64,000 nt of DNA from an uncultured Alphaproteobacteria bacterium. Lineage in GTDB: Bacteria > Pseudomonadota > Alphaproteobacteria > ATCC43930 > CGMCC-115725. Under the pieces are notes generated by a model. That model saw nothing but the letters and a program-made list of their open reading frames with translations. It had not been told where the DNA came from and did no database searches. Position 1 is the stretch's first letter; each line of letters starts with the position of its first letter. Positions 1 to 8,276 of this stretch are shown here, piece after piece. Position numbers and translations under genes: made by a program. The stretch lies in NCBI GenBank assembly GCA_963735465.1, contig CAVTLA010000002.1, positions 426,069 to 490,068 of the forward strand. Reading direction: 5' to 3'.

Positions 1-159
1 CACCGCTGGCACAAGAAATTCATCCGCCGCCTGGAGGCCGGCAACCCGCTCACGGCCGCCGAGGCGGACGAGGGCTTCCTCTGCTTCGACAGCAAGGATT
101 TCCAGATCGGCTTCCGCGCCTTCCTCGCCAAGCAGAAGCCGGAGTTCGAGGGGAAGTAG
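1..159 (+). CDS. enoyl-CoA hydratase/isomerase (crotonase) family protein, C-terminal fragment (5' end outside window)
   Basis: Frame 1 is open from the window edge to TAG at 157-159. The tail ..CFDSKDFQIGFRAFLAKQKPEFEGK resembles the usual crotonase-fold C-terminus. Confidence 0.55.
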   Translation, partial: HRWHKKFIRRLEAGNPLTAAEADEGFLCFDSKDFQIGFRAFLAKQKPEFEGK

Positions 160-185
160 GCACGTCACGAAGCCACCCTCTCCCC

Positions 186-270
186 GTCATGGCCGGGCTT
201 GACCCGGCCATCCACGTCTTCTTTCTTGCGACCGCAAGTCGTGGATGCCCGGCTCAAGGCCGGGCATGAC
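186..270. repeat. palindromic intergenic repeat (REP/MITE-like), family 1
   Basis: The arms GTCATGGCCGGGCTTGACCCGGCCATCCACG (186-216) and CGTGGATGCCCGGCTCAAGGCCGGGCATGAC (240-270) are near-perfect inverted repeats. Each arm contains its own GGCCGGG..CCCGGCC hairpin, and a central CTTGCG-AC-CGCAAG hairpin lies between them. Confidence 0.8.
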
Positions 271-284
271 GAACTCAGGAAAAC

Positions 285-1178
285 TCAGACTCCCAGCGCC
301 TCCGCCCGCGCCAGCAAACGCTGGGCGCTGAGATAGGTTGGCATCTCCACGATGAGGCCAGCGACCTCGATGCGGTCCTCGCCGCGGGCGCGGGCGGCCT
401 CGAAGGCGCCGATGACGGCGCGGGCCTGAGCCACCTCGGCGCTCGACGGCGTCATGACGGCGTTGACGGCGGCGACATGCGAGGGATGCACCGCACTCTT
501 CGAGACATATCCGATCGCCCGGGCGCGGCGCGCGTCGGCGGCGCAGCCCTCGGCGTCGGCGAAGGTGTAGGGGCAGTCGATCGAGACCACCCCGGCGGCG
601 ACGCACTCCACGTGAAGACGCTGGCGGGCGTAGGCGAGCTCGTGGGCTTCCCGGGTGCGGGGCGCGCCGAGATCGGCGGCCATGTCCTCGGTCGAGCCCA
701 GCACCGCGGTGACGCGGGGGCTGGCGGTGGCGATGGCGAGGGTCTGGACCAGGCCGCGGGCGGATTCGATGTTGGGCACGATCTCGGTCGCGAGGGCGGG
801 AATGCCGAGATCGTATTCCAGGCGCCGCACCTCCTCGGCGAGCGCCGCCACCTGGCGCGGCTCCGCCACCTTGGACATCAGCACGATGTCGGGCCGGCCT
901 CGCATGACAGCGGCGAGATCCACCAATCCCTCGGTCTCCAGCGGATTGACCCGCACCGCCGCCAGCGCCCCCGCCGTGCGCCAGGCGTCATAGAGACCGG
1001 CCGCCAATGCCCGCGCCTCCGGCCGCCGCGCCGGCGGCGTGAAATCCTCCAGCTCCTGGATCAGCACGTCGGCGCCAGTCGTGGCCGCCGCCATCAGGCC
1101 CGCGCGATCGGCGCCGGGCAGGAACAGCCAGCAGCGCCGGAGCGCGGGCGGCCGTCGGGAGGGCGGGCGTTCTGCCAT
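285..1178 (-). CDS. HpcH/HpaI aldolase / citrate-lyase beta (CitE)-like acyl-CoA lyase
   Basis: 297 aa from ATG at 1178 (MAERPPS..). The blocks LFLPGADR, VNPLETEG, NIESARGL and SKSAVHPSHV are typical of the CitE/malyl-CoA-lyase family. The rest of the 596-aa track ORF is a shadow extension over the divergent gene. Confidence 0.8.
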   Translation of the reverse strand: MAERPPSRRPPALRRCWLFLPGADRAGLMAAATTGADVLIQELEDFTPPARRPEARALAAGLYDAWRTAGALAAVRVNPLETEGLVDLAAVMRGRPDIVLMSKVAEPRQVAALAEEVRRLEYDLGIPALATEIVPNIESARGLVQTLAIATASPRVTAVLGSTEDMAADLGAPRTREAHELAYARQRLHVECVAAGVVSIDCPYTFADAEGCAADARRARAIGYVSKSAVHPSHVAAVNAVMTPSSAEVAQARAVIGAFEAARARGEDRIEVAGLIVEMPTYLSAQRLLARAEALGV

Positions 1179-1286
1179 GTCGGTATCGTGCCGCCTGCCC
1201 TCACCGCACGCAATCGCGGGGTTCCCACGGAGCCGCCGCGGCGGGCTATGATGGCGCCGCGGATATCGACGGGAGCGCCACACAGC

Positions 1287-2063
1287 ATGACCCTGCGTGC
1301 CATGAACAGCCTGGCCGAGCGCCTGTTCCAGGCGTGGCAGGCGAACGAGCCCCTGGGCGCGGTGCCGGCGGAGCTGGTGCCCACCACCGCCGCCGACGCC
1401 TATGCCGCCCAGAGCGCCCTGGTGGAGCGCCTGGCGCCGCGGCTCGGCGGCATCGTCGGCTGGAAGGTGGGAGCGCCGAGCCCGACCGCCGAGCCCAACG
1501 CCGCGCCGCTGCTGGCGGACCTCGTGCAGCCGTCGCCGGCCCGCATGGGCGGCAAGCGCCTCAGGGTACGCGGCCTGGAGGCCGAGCTGGCCTTCCGCTT
1601 CGGCACCTCGCTGCCGCCCCGCGCGCAACCCTACAGCGAGGCTGAGGTGGCTGCCGCCATCGCCTCCGTCCATCCCGCCATCGAGCTGGTGGAATCCCGG
1701 ATCGCGGACTGGCAGGGCGCGCAACCCCTGGCGCGGCTGGCGGACTGCCAGAGCAACGGCGGGTTCTGCTTCGGGCCAGCGGTCGCCGACTGGCGCGCCC
1801 TCGACTACCTCACGCAGCCGGTCATGCTGCTGGTGGATGGGCAGCCGGTGGCTGAGGCGGTCGGCGGCAATGCCGCCGGCCATCCGCTGCGCCTCCTCGC
1901 ATGGCTCGCCGGCCACGCGGGACAACAGGGCCGTGGGCTCCGCGCCGGCGACATCGTGACCACGGGAAGCCATACGCCGCTCAGATTTGCGCCACCGGTT
2001 TCCCGAGTTGTCGCCCGGTTTCCCGGGGTGGGCGAGTCGAGTTTCGATCTCACGACTCCGTGA
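1287..2063 (+). CDS. 2-keto-4-pentenoate hydratase-like (FAH-fold hydratase/decarboxylase family) protein
   Basis: 258 aa from ATG 1287 (MTLRAMNSLAERL..). It carries GWKVG, EAELAF and GDIVTTGS blocks as in MhpD/HpcG-type hydratases. The start is uncertain; ATG 1248 and 1302 are alternatives. Confidence 0.75.
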   Translation: MTLRAMNSLAERLFQAWQANEPLGAVPAELVPTTAADAYAAQSALVERLAPRLGGIVGWKVGAPSPTAEPNAAPLLADLVQPSPARMGGKRLRVRGLEAELAFRFGTSLPPRAQPYSEAEVAAAIASVHPAIELVESRIADWQGAQPLARLADCQSNGGFCFGPAVADWRALDYLTQPVMLLVDGQPVAEAVGGNAAGHPLRLLAWLAGHAGQQGRGLRAGDIVTTGSHTPLRFAPPVSRVVARFPGVGESSFDLTTP

Positions 2064-2271
2064 GGCGCCCCGCATCGGGGGAGAAACGCCCGATTATTCA
2101 AAGGTTTCTTGAATACCCTGGTGAGCTAACCAATTCTTAACTATACGCTATTAATTGATGATTGCCGGATTTTGCCTCAAACCCGGCAGAACGGTCTCAG
2201 GGGGCTGGGTCGTTCCTTAAGGGCTACTCGGGTCTAGTCGTTGCAACTGCGGCGCGGCCAGGAGCGGACGG

Positions 2272-3939
2272 GTGTCACCCGACGGGAACGTCAGGAGCGG
2301 ATTGACCGGTGTGAGACGCCAGATCGTAGCGATCGTCGACGATCGCATCACGAATCTAAAGATTCTGGAGCGGCTGGCCACGTCGCTCAATGACAGCGTC
2401 GTGGTCAAGACGTTCGATAGCCCGCTGTCGGCGCTGGAGTTCGCCGCCAAGCAGGAACCTGATATCGTCATCACCGATTTCAAGATGCCGGAGCTCGACG
2501 GCGCCGAGTTCATCCGCCGCTTCCGCGCGCTGGAGAACTGCATCGACGTCCCCGTCATGGTGATCACCGCCTACGAGGACAAGGACCTGCGCTACCGCGC
2601 GCTGGAGGCCGGCGCCACCGACTACCTGCTGAGCCCGGTCGACCACCACGAGTTCCGCGTCCGCTCGCACAATCTTCTGATGCTGCGGCGCCAGCAGCTC
2701 CTGCTCAAGGAGCGCGCCACCTCCCTCGAGGAGCGCATGATCGAGGAGGAGCGCCGGCACCAGGACGAGCTGCGCCACAGCCACGAGCTGCTGCTCAGGG
2801 TGATCGACGCGGTGCCGGTCCGGGTCAGCGCCACCGACCGCAACGGCCGCTTCGTCTTCGCCAACGACTGCTTCGCCCGGGCGATGAACCGTCCGGTGCA
2901 GGCGATCATCGGCAATACCCTGGCCGAGCTGCAGCCCGGCGAGGAGACCGACGCCGCGATGGAGCTGGACCGCAGCCTGATCGCCGGCGAGACCAAGCCC
3001 GCCGCCTTCGAGGTCGACGTCACCGACCCCGGCGGCGAGCAGATGGTGCTGCTGACCAACAAGGCGGTGCTGGACGACGACGTGGGCCGGCCGATGCTGG
3101 TGGTGACCGTCTCCCTCGACATCACCGACCGCAAGAACGCCGAGCTGGCCGTGCTTGCCGCCAAGGAGGTGGCCGAGCTCGCCAATCACAGCAAGACCGA
3201 GTTCCTGGCCAACATGAGCCACGAACTCCGCACGCCGCTCAACGCCATCATCGGGTTCTCCCAGCTGATGGCCGACGAGGTTCTGGGACCGCTCGGCAAC
3301 GCCAAGTACACCGGCTATGCCCGCGACATCTGCAACAGCGCCGAGCATCTCCTCGGCATCATCAACGACATCCTCGACGTCTCGAAGCTGGAAGCCGGCA
3401 AGTTCGAGCTCGAGGAGGAGATGATCGACATCACGCAGATCACCCGCAATCTCCTGCATTTCGTCGCCGATCGCGCCAGCGCGCTCGAGGTCACGATCGA
3501 GACCGACATCGAGAACGACCTGCCGCGCCTGCGCGCCGACGCGCGCAAGCTGAAACAGATCCTCCTCAATCTGGTCACCAACGCGCTCAAGTTCAGCCAG
3601 CCCGGCAGCCGCGTCACGCTGCGTGCCCGCACCCACAACGGCGCCATCATCCTCGAGGTGGTCGATCGCGGCATCGGCATGGACGAGACGGAAGTGACGA
3701 CGGCGATCACCCGGTTCGGTCAGGTGGCGAGCACCTGGAACCGCAAGCACGCCGGCACCGGCCTCGGCCTGCCGCTGGCGATCGGCCTGGTGGAGCTGCA
3801 CGACGGCAAGCTCGAGATCAGAAGCCGCAAGGGCGAGGGCACCACGGTGACCGTTACTTTCCCTGCGGAGCGCTCTGGCCCGCACGAAGCGATGCGCGCG
3901 GCGGAGCAGCATGCTCCGGACCCCGCCTCCGCGCCCTGA
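2272..3939 (+). CDS. soluble sensor histidine kinase with N-terminal receiver: REC-PAS-HisKA-HATPase_c
   Basis: REC: [30 protein letters not shown]. This is followed by a coiled coil and a PAS region ([25 protein letters not shown]). H-box: [42 protein letters not shown]-boxes: [14 protein letters not shown]. No TM segment. The start (GTG 2272) is uncertain. Confidence 0.85.
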   Translation: MSPDGNVRSGLTGVRRQIVAIVDDRITNLKILERLATSLNDSVVVKTFDSPLSALEFAAKQEPDIVITDFKMPELDGAEFIRRFRALENCIDVPVMVITAYEDKDLRYRALEAGATDYLLSPVDHHEFRVRSHNLLMLRRQQLLLKERATSLEERMIEEERRHQDELRHSHELLLRVIDAVPVRVSATDRNGRFVFANDCFARAMNRPVQAIIGNTLAELQPGEETDAAMELDRSLIAGETKPAAFEVDVTDPGGEQMVLLTNKAVLDDDVGRPMLVVTVSLDITDRKNAELAVLAAKEVAELANHSKTEFLANMSHELRTPLNAIIGFSQLMADEVLGPLGNAKYTGYARDICNSAEHLLGIINDILDVSKLEAGKFELEEEMIDITQITRNLLHFVADRASALEVTIETDIENDLPRLRADARKLKQILLNLVTNALKFSQPGSRVTLRARTHNGAIILEVVDRGIGMDETEVTTAITRFGQVASTWNRKHAGTGLGLPLAIGLVELHDGKLEIRSRKGEGTTVTVTFPAERSGPHEAMRAAEQHAPDPASAP

Positions 3940-3975
3940 GCAAATCCCGATAGCCGATCAGAGGGCAATGGACCC

Positions 3976-6744
3976 GTGATCGAGCACCGGACGTCACCGG
4001 CACAGGAGCCTCTGGACCCGACGATGCGGCGACGCAGCGTGCTGGTGGTCCTGACCCTGACCTTCGTCGCGATCTTCTCCCCGGGCTTCCTCGTGGTGGT
4101 GCTGTGGGGCCAGCACGAGGCGCCGCTCTTCCCGCTGAACGGCCTGCCCCTGGTGGCGGCGCTGGCGCTCGGCGCGGTCGCCTGCGGGATCACCGCGCTC
4201 TGGCGCGGCCTGGACACCCTCACCCGGGCCTTCTCCGCACGCGCGGATACCGAGCACGAGCAGATCATCATCCGGGTGATCTTCGTCAGCATCGTCTTCG
4301 ACTACAGCCTCGCGGCGATGAATTTCCAGCCCGGCGACGGCGGCACCGCCAAGGCCGCCTTCGCCATGGGAATCGGCGTCGCGGTGAGCTGGGTCTTCCT
4401 GCTGCACCTGATGGTGCGGCCGGGCCAGATGCCGTTGCGCCGCCTGCTCGCCATGCTGGCCGACCTCGGCTTCCTCTCGGCCTACATGCATTTCGGCGGC
4501 GGCGCCGCGGCCGCCTGGTACGGCATCTACCTCTGGGTCGGCATCGGCAACGGCCTGCGCTACGGCCTCAAGCCGCTGGTGCAGTCGACGGTGGTGGGCG
4601 TGGCGAGCTTCGCCGCCGTCATCGCCACTACGCCATTCTGGAACCAGCACCTGCCGCTCTCGGGCGGCCTCGTCTTCGCCCTCGTGGTGCTGCCGGCCTA
4701 TCTCACCTCGCTGATCCGCAACCTCACCGAGGCGAAGGCCCAGGCTGAGGAGGCGAACGCCGCCAAGAGCCGCTTCCTCGCCATCATGAGCCATGAGCTG
4801 CGCACGCCGCTCAACGCCATGATCGGCCTCGACGCGATCCTGCGCCGCACCCGCCTCGACGCGCGCCAGCGCGACATGCTGGCGACGATGAACTCGTCGG
4901 CGCGGGCACTCCTCACCCTCATCAACGATATCCTCGACATCTCCAAGATCGAGGCCGGCAAGTTCGCGCCGACGGTGGAATCCTTCGATCTCCATCAGGT
5001 GATGAACGGAACCCTCGCCATGCTGCGCCCGCAGGCGACGGCGAAGGACCTCCGGCTCGACTACCGCATCGATCCGGAGCTGCCCTTCGCGCTGCGCGGC
5101 TGGCCGCACCAGCTGCGCCAGATCGTCACCAACCTGGTGGCGAACGCGATCAAGTTCACCGACAAGGGCCGCATCTCCGTGGTGCTGGACGTGATTGCCG
5201 TCGATCCCACCAAGGCGGCATTCAGCCTGGCGGTGCGCGACGAGGGCATCGGCGTGCCGGCGGAGGCCCAGGAAAAGATCTTCGACCTCTTCACCCAGGC
5301 CGACGGCGCGGTGACCCGGCGCTACGGCGGCACCGGGCTCGGCCTCGCCATCGTGAAGCAGCTGGTGGAGCTCATGGGCGGCAACGTCGCGCTCACCAGC
5401 GCGCCGGGCAAGGGCAGCACCTTCACGGTGGAGCTGGTGTTCGCCCGCGAGCCCGAGCCGATGCCGGACAGCTTCGACCTGCGCGGCCATACGGTGCTGG
5501 CGGTGACCGACGACGCGGAATTCGCGGCGTGGCTGCGCGGCAATATCGAGCGCTGGCACGGCACGCTCCGCGCCTTCAAGGACGTGGCGGCGGCGACGCA
5601 GTTCATCGCCAACCGCCCGCCCGACGACACGCGCCCGATCCTGCTCGTCGACGGGCGGCGCGATCCCGTCGACGCGCTGGGCGCCGCCTCCCGCGCCGGC
5701 GGCACCGGGCCGGAGCCGATGACCCTGCTGCTGGCGGACGGCGACCACATCAATTCGCTGGCGACACTGGCGGGCGGCCGCGTGAGCTCGCTGCTGCGGG
5801 CGCCGATCGACGACATGCGGCTGGTGCGCGCGCTCCATGCGCTGCCGACGCCGGAGTCCGGCGCTCCCGCCGGCGAGGACGGCCGCACCGCCTCCAGCGG
5901 CGACATCACGCCGACGCGGCGGCCGCTCAAGATCCTGCTCGCCGAGGACAACGCGCCCAACCGCATGATCATCCAGCGCATCCTCGAGCTCGGCGGCCAT
6001 TCCGTCCTCACCGCGAGCGACGGCGAGGAAGCGCTGCAGATCCTGGATCAGCCCGGCATCGACCTCGTCCTCATGGACATCAACATGCCCGAGCTTTCCG
6101 GCTATGAGGCGGCGAAGCTCTATCGCATGGCGCACACCGACGGCCCGCGCCTGCCGATCCTGGCGCTCACCGCCGACGCCACCAGCCAGACCGAGCGTCT
6201 TTGCCGCGACGCCGGGATGGACGGCGTGCTCACCAAGCCGATCGAGGCGGCGCATCTCCTCGCCACCCTCGAATCGATCGCCGAGCGCATCTCGGCCGGC
6301 CAGGCGATCGACCCGCTGCCGCCGGTGGGGCCGCCGCCCAACGTGGTCACGCCCATCGCCCAGCATCCGCGCTACGGCGCCGAGACCGGCGCGGTGCTGG
6401 ACGACGCGGCGGTGGAGGCGTTGAAGGCGCTGGGCGCCGGCAGCGATTTCTTCAACGACGTGATCGAGAACTTCCGCTCCGACGTGCGCGAGATCCTGGA
6501 CCAGATGGCGCGCGCCGCGGCCAAGCGCGACCTGCGCGCCTTCCGCGATCACGCGCATTCACTGCGCAGCAGCGCCGCCCATATCGGCGCGGTGCGCTTC
6601 TACCGCACGCTCTTCGCGCTCAGGGATCTGACCGCCCAGCAGCTCGACAAGGACGGCAACGCGCTTCTGGAGAAACTCCGGGGCGAATACACCAAGCTCG
6701 ACGCGGCTCTGCGCCAGCAGGCGCAGGAAGCCCGTCGAGTGTGA
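3976..6744 (+). CDS. rpfC: RpfC-like membrane hybrid histidine kinase (multi-TM input, HisKA, HATPase_c, receiver-like insert, REC, HPt)
   Basis: About 8 hydrophobic helices lie in aa 20-245. A TEHEQ box precedes the bundle and WVGIGNGLRYG lies inside it, matching my recollection of the Xanthomonas RpfC input domain. Other blocks: H-box [19 protein letters not shown] (His about aa 273), GTGLGLAIV, REC KILLAEDN..LVLMDINMP..ALTA..KP (Asp about aa 701), and HPt RDHAHSLRSSAAHIGA (His about aa 861). The start (GTG 3976 or ATG 4024) is uncertain. Confidence 0.7.
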   Translation: MIEHRTSPAQEPLDPTMRRRSVLVVLTLTFVAIFSPGFLVVVLWGQHEAPLFPLNGLPLVAALALGAVACGITALWRGLDTLTRAFSARADTEHEQIIIRVIFVSIVFDYSLAAMNFQPGDGGTAKAAFAMGIGVAVSWVFLLHLMVRPGQMPLRRLLAMLADLGFLSAYMHFGGGAAAAWYGIYLWVGIGNGLRYGLKPLVQSTVVGVASFAAVIATTPFWNQHLPLSGGLVFALVVLPAYLTSLIRNLTEAKAQAEEANAAKSRFLAIMSHELRTPLNAMIGLDAILRRTRLDARQRDMLATMNSSARALLTLINDILDISKIEAGKFAPTVESFDLHQVMNGTLAMLRPQATAKDLRLDYRIDPELPFALRGWPHQLRQIVTNLVANAIKFTDKGRISVVLDVIAVDPTKAAFSLAVRDEGIGVPAEAQEKIFDLFTQADGAVTRRYGGTGLGLAIVKQLVELMGGNVALTSAPGKGSTFTVELVFAREPEPMPDSFDLRGHTVLAVTDDAEFAAWLRGNIERWHGTLRAFKDVAAATQFIANRPPDDTRPILLVDGRRDPVDALGAASRAGGTGPEPMTLLLADGDHINSLATLAGGRVSSLLRAPIDDMRLVRALHALPTPESGAPAGEDGRTASSGDITPTRRPLKILLAEDNAPNRMIIQRILELGGHSVLTASDGEEALQILDQPGIDLVLMDINMPELSGYEAAKLYRMAHTDGPRLPILALTADATSQTERLCRDAGMDGVLTKPIEAAHLLATLESIAERISAGQAIDPLPPVGPPPNVVTPIAQHPRYGAETGAVLDDAAVEALKALGAGSDFFNDVIENFRSDVREILDQMARAAAKRDLRAFRDHAHSLRSSAAHIGAVRFYRTLFALRDLTAQQLDKDGNALLEKLRGEYTKLDAALRQQAQEARRV

Positions 6745-6753
6745 CGCCGCCGC

Positions 6754-7740
6754 TTACTCGGCGGCTTCGGCGCCGACGCGGTTGCGGCGGCGATCCTGGG
6801 CGCTCACCAGGCGGGCCATCTTGCGCAGGTCCGCTTCCGCCAGTCCCAGCGCCGTATCGACCCAGCTCACGGCGATATCCATGAGCTCGTCGATCTTGAT
6901 GGGATTGACGCGGTCGCGGGCGCGGAAGATGGCGCGATGGGCGGCGTGGCGGCGGCCGCTGCGGCCGATGTACTCATAGAGCGCCTCGGTGCCGCAGCCG
7001 TCGTCGGCGAGCACGTCGACGACGCCCATCTGGTAGAGCTCCTCGGCGGTGTAGAGCCGGCCGCTGGTGATCATGCGCTCAGCCTGGGCCGGCGCGATGC
7101 GGCGCACGAGATAGCTGTAGGCGCCCATGCCGGGGAACAGATTGAACAGGATCTCCGGCAGGCCGAACTTGGCGCTGCGCTCGGCGATGATGAGGTTGGA
7201 CGAGAGCGCCGCCTCGAAGCCGCCGCCCAGCGCGTCGCCGCGCACCAGGGACACCGTGATGATCGGCAGGTTGAGGTTGGTGGCGTTGGCGTAGCCTTCC
7301 TCCACCACCGCGCGGGCATAGCGCAGCAGCCCGTCGCGATCCTGACGCCGGATCAGCGTCGCGAAGAGATCGAGATCGCCGCCGAGGTTCCACACCTGGG
7401 GCATCCGGGAATCCCACACGATGTATTTGACCGGCGACGTGCCGGCGCCCGCGGCGAACAGCGTGCGCACCATGTCCTGCACGCGCTGAATGTCGCGCAG
7501 CAGCGCCGGCGTGAAGCTGGGCCGGCCCTGGAAATGGAAGTACGCGAACAGCACGCCTTCGTTGCCGTCGAACACCACGTCCATTTCCTCGAACGGGATC
7601 GCGCCGATCCGGGCCTCGACGGTCGAGACGCTGATCTCGCCCCTTGTATTGGGGACGGCATTATCCGATCGGGTGGGGTTGAGGGTCGGCAGAGGGATGG
7701 AAGTTCTGCCGAGTTCTACTAATTGGATCTGCGCGCTCAT
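6754..7740 (-). CDS. rpfF: RpfF-like DSF-family signal synthase (crotonase-fold enoyl-ACP dehydratase/thioesterase)
   Basis: 328 aa. These blocks occur in the same order as in my recollection of X. campestris RpfF, including both catalytic Glu positions: WNLGGDLDLF, RGDALGGGFEAALSS, FGLPEILFNLFPGMGAYSYL, VSWVDTALGL and RLVSAQDRR. It has roughly 35-40 extra N-terminal residues. Confidence 0.75.
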   Translation of the reverse strand: MSAQIQLVELGRTSIPLPTLNPTRSDNAVPNTRGEISVSTVEARIGAIPFEEMDVVFDGNEGVLFAYFHFQGRPSFTPALLRDIQRVQDMVRTLFAAGAGTSPVKYIVWDSRMPQVWNLGGDLDLFATLIRRQDRDGLLRYARAVVEEGYANATNLNLPIITVSLVRGDALGGGFEAALSSNLIIAERSAKFGLPEILFNLFPGMGAYSYLVRRIAPAQAERMITSGRLYTAEELYQMGVVDVLADDGCGTEALYEYIGRSGRRHAAHRAIFRARDRVNPIKIDELMDIAVSWVDTALGLAEADLRKMARLVSAQDRRRNRVGAEAAE

Positions 7741-8245
7741 GTCAGAAGGTTCCCCTGGTCTGCCGGGACCGCCCGAACCGGGCCCCCGATCTGGAACTGC
7801 GCCAGTCGTTTTCTCTTACGAAAACTCTAAGGCACCTACCGGCTTTTCATCTAGCAATATTTCGTTAACCACTTGAGATCGTTCACGTAGTTTTAACGAG
7901 TGTTAACAATGCTTGTAATAGGTGAAGAATCCACTAGTAACCACCATACCTATGCCATACGCCCATATTCGGAGCCGGTTTCGACGGCACCCGGCGCGGC
8001 GCGGCTTGGGGGTATCCCCCCTAAATAGGTATAAACAGTAACTTCCACCAGACGGTTGAGATTCCGCCACGGCTGCGACCTCCAAGCGGGTGATCTCAAT
8101 CGCACACTGCCGCGTCACGTCTCCGCGACCGTCGCATCGGTTGAATTCCCAAGCGTCCATCGAAAGCAAATACCCGGCGCGAGCGCGCTCCGTACGCGCG
8201 AACGCACTTCGCTTTTTCTCGCACCGACGTTCACGGCGCAAACTT
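7741..8245. promoter_or_regulatory. long intergenic region with a markedly AT-rich core (about 7840-8050); presumed rpfF-like promoter/leader
   Basis: About 0.5 kb without a credible ORF. It contains TGTTAACA, CGTTAAC and TTTTAACG motifs at 7863-7910 and stands out against the GC-rich background. Confidence 0.5.
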
Positions 8246-8276
8246 CGCCGCGGGGCCGCGTGTCCGCGGCGTTTTT
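8246..8276 (+). terminator. intrinsic-terminator-like hairpin oriented for the plus strand
   Basis: CGCCGCGG (8246-8253) pairs with CCGCGGCG (8264-8271) and is followed by TTTTT (8272-8276). The minus-strand reading has no U-tract after the stem. Confidence 0.5.

Noticed and set aside
1179-2075. 5' extension of the CitE-like ORF (the 596-aa track ORF), and likewise the 5' extension of the hydratase ORF back to 477.
   Set aside because: The extensions overlap the divergent real gene on the other strand, are low-complexity, and precede plausible ATG starts (1178 and 1287) that give normal family lengths.
2120-2160. CtrA-like boxes in the AT-rich patches upstream of the REC-PAS kinase (CTAACCAATTCTTAAC, TTAACTATACGCTATTAA) and upstream of rpfF (TTTTAACGAGTGTTAACA at about 7890-7910).
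   Set aside because: The spacings are N10 or N6, or one half-site is mismatched, rather than TTAA-N7-TTAA. TTAA-containing strings are expected by chance in any AT-rich patch.
3994-6558. 854-aa ORF on the minus strand, antisense to the RpfC-like kinase. Similar very long antisense ORFs lie at 2356-3912(-), 8056-9333(+), 10430-12286(+), 23566-25233(+), 25445-28186(+), 49425-51857(-), 51589-53313(-) and 53283-54911(-).
   Set aside because: The products are Arg/Gly/Ala/His-rich low-complexity sequence with no family motifs. Each lies exactly opposite a gene with unmistakable family signatures. This is the typical stop-codon-poor shadow frame of very GC-rich DNA.
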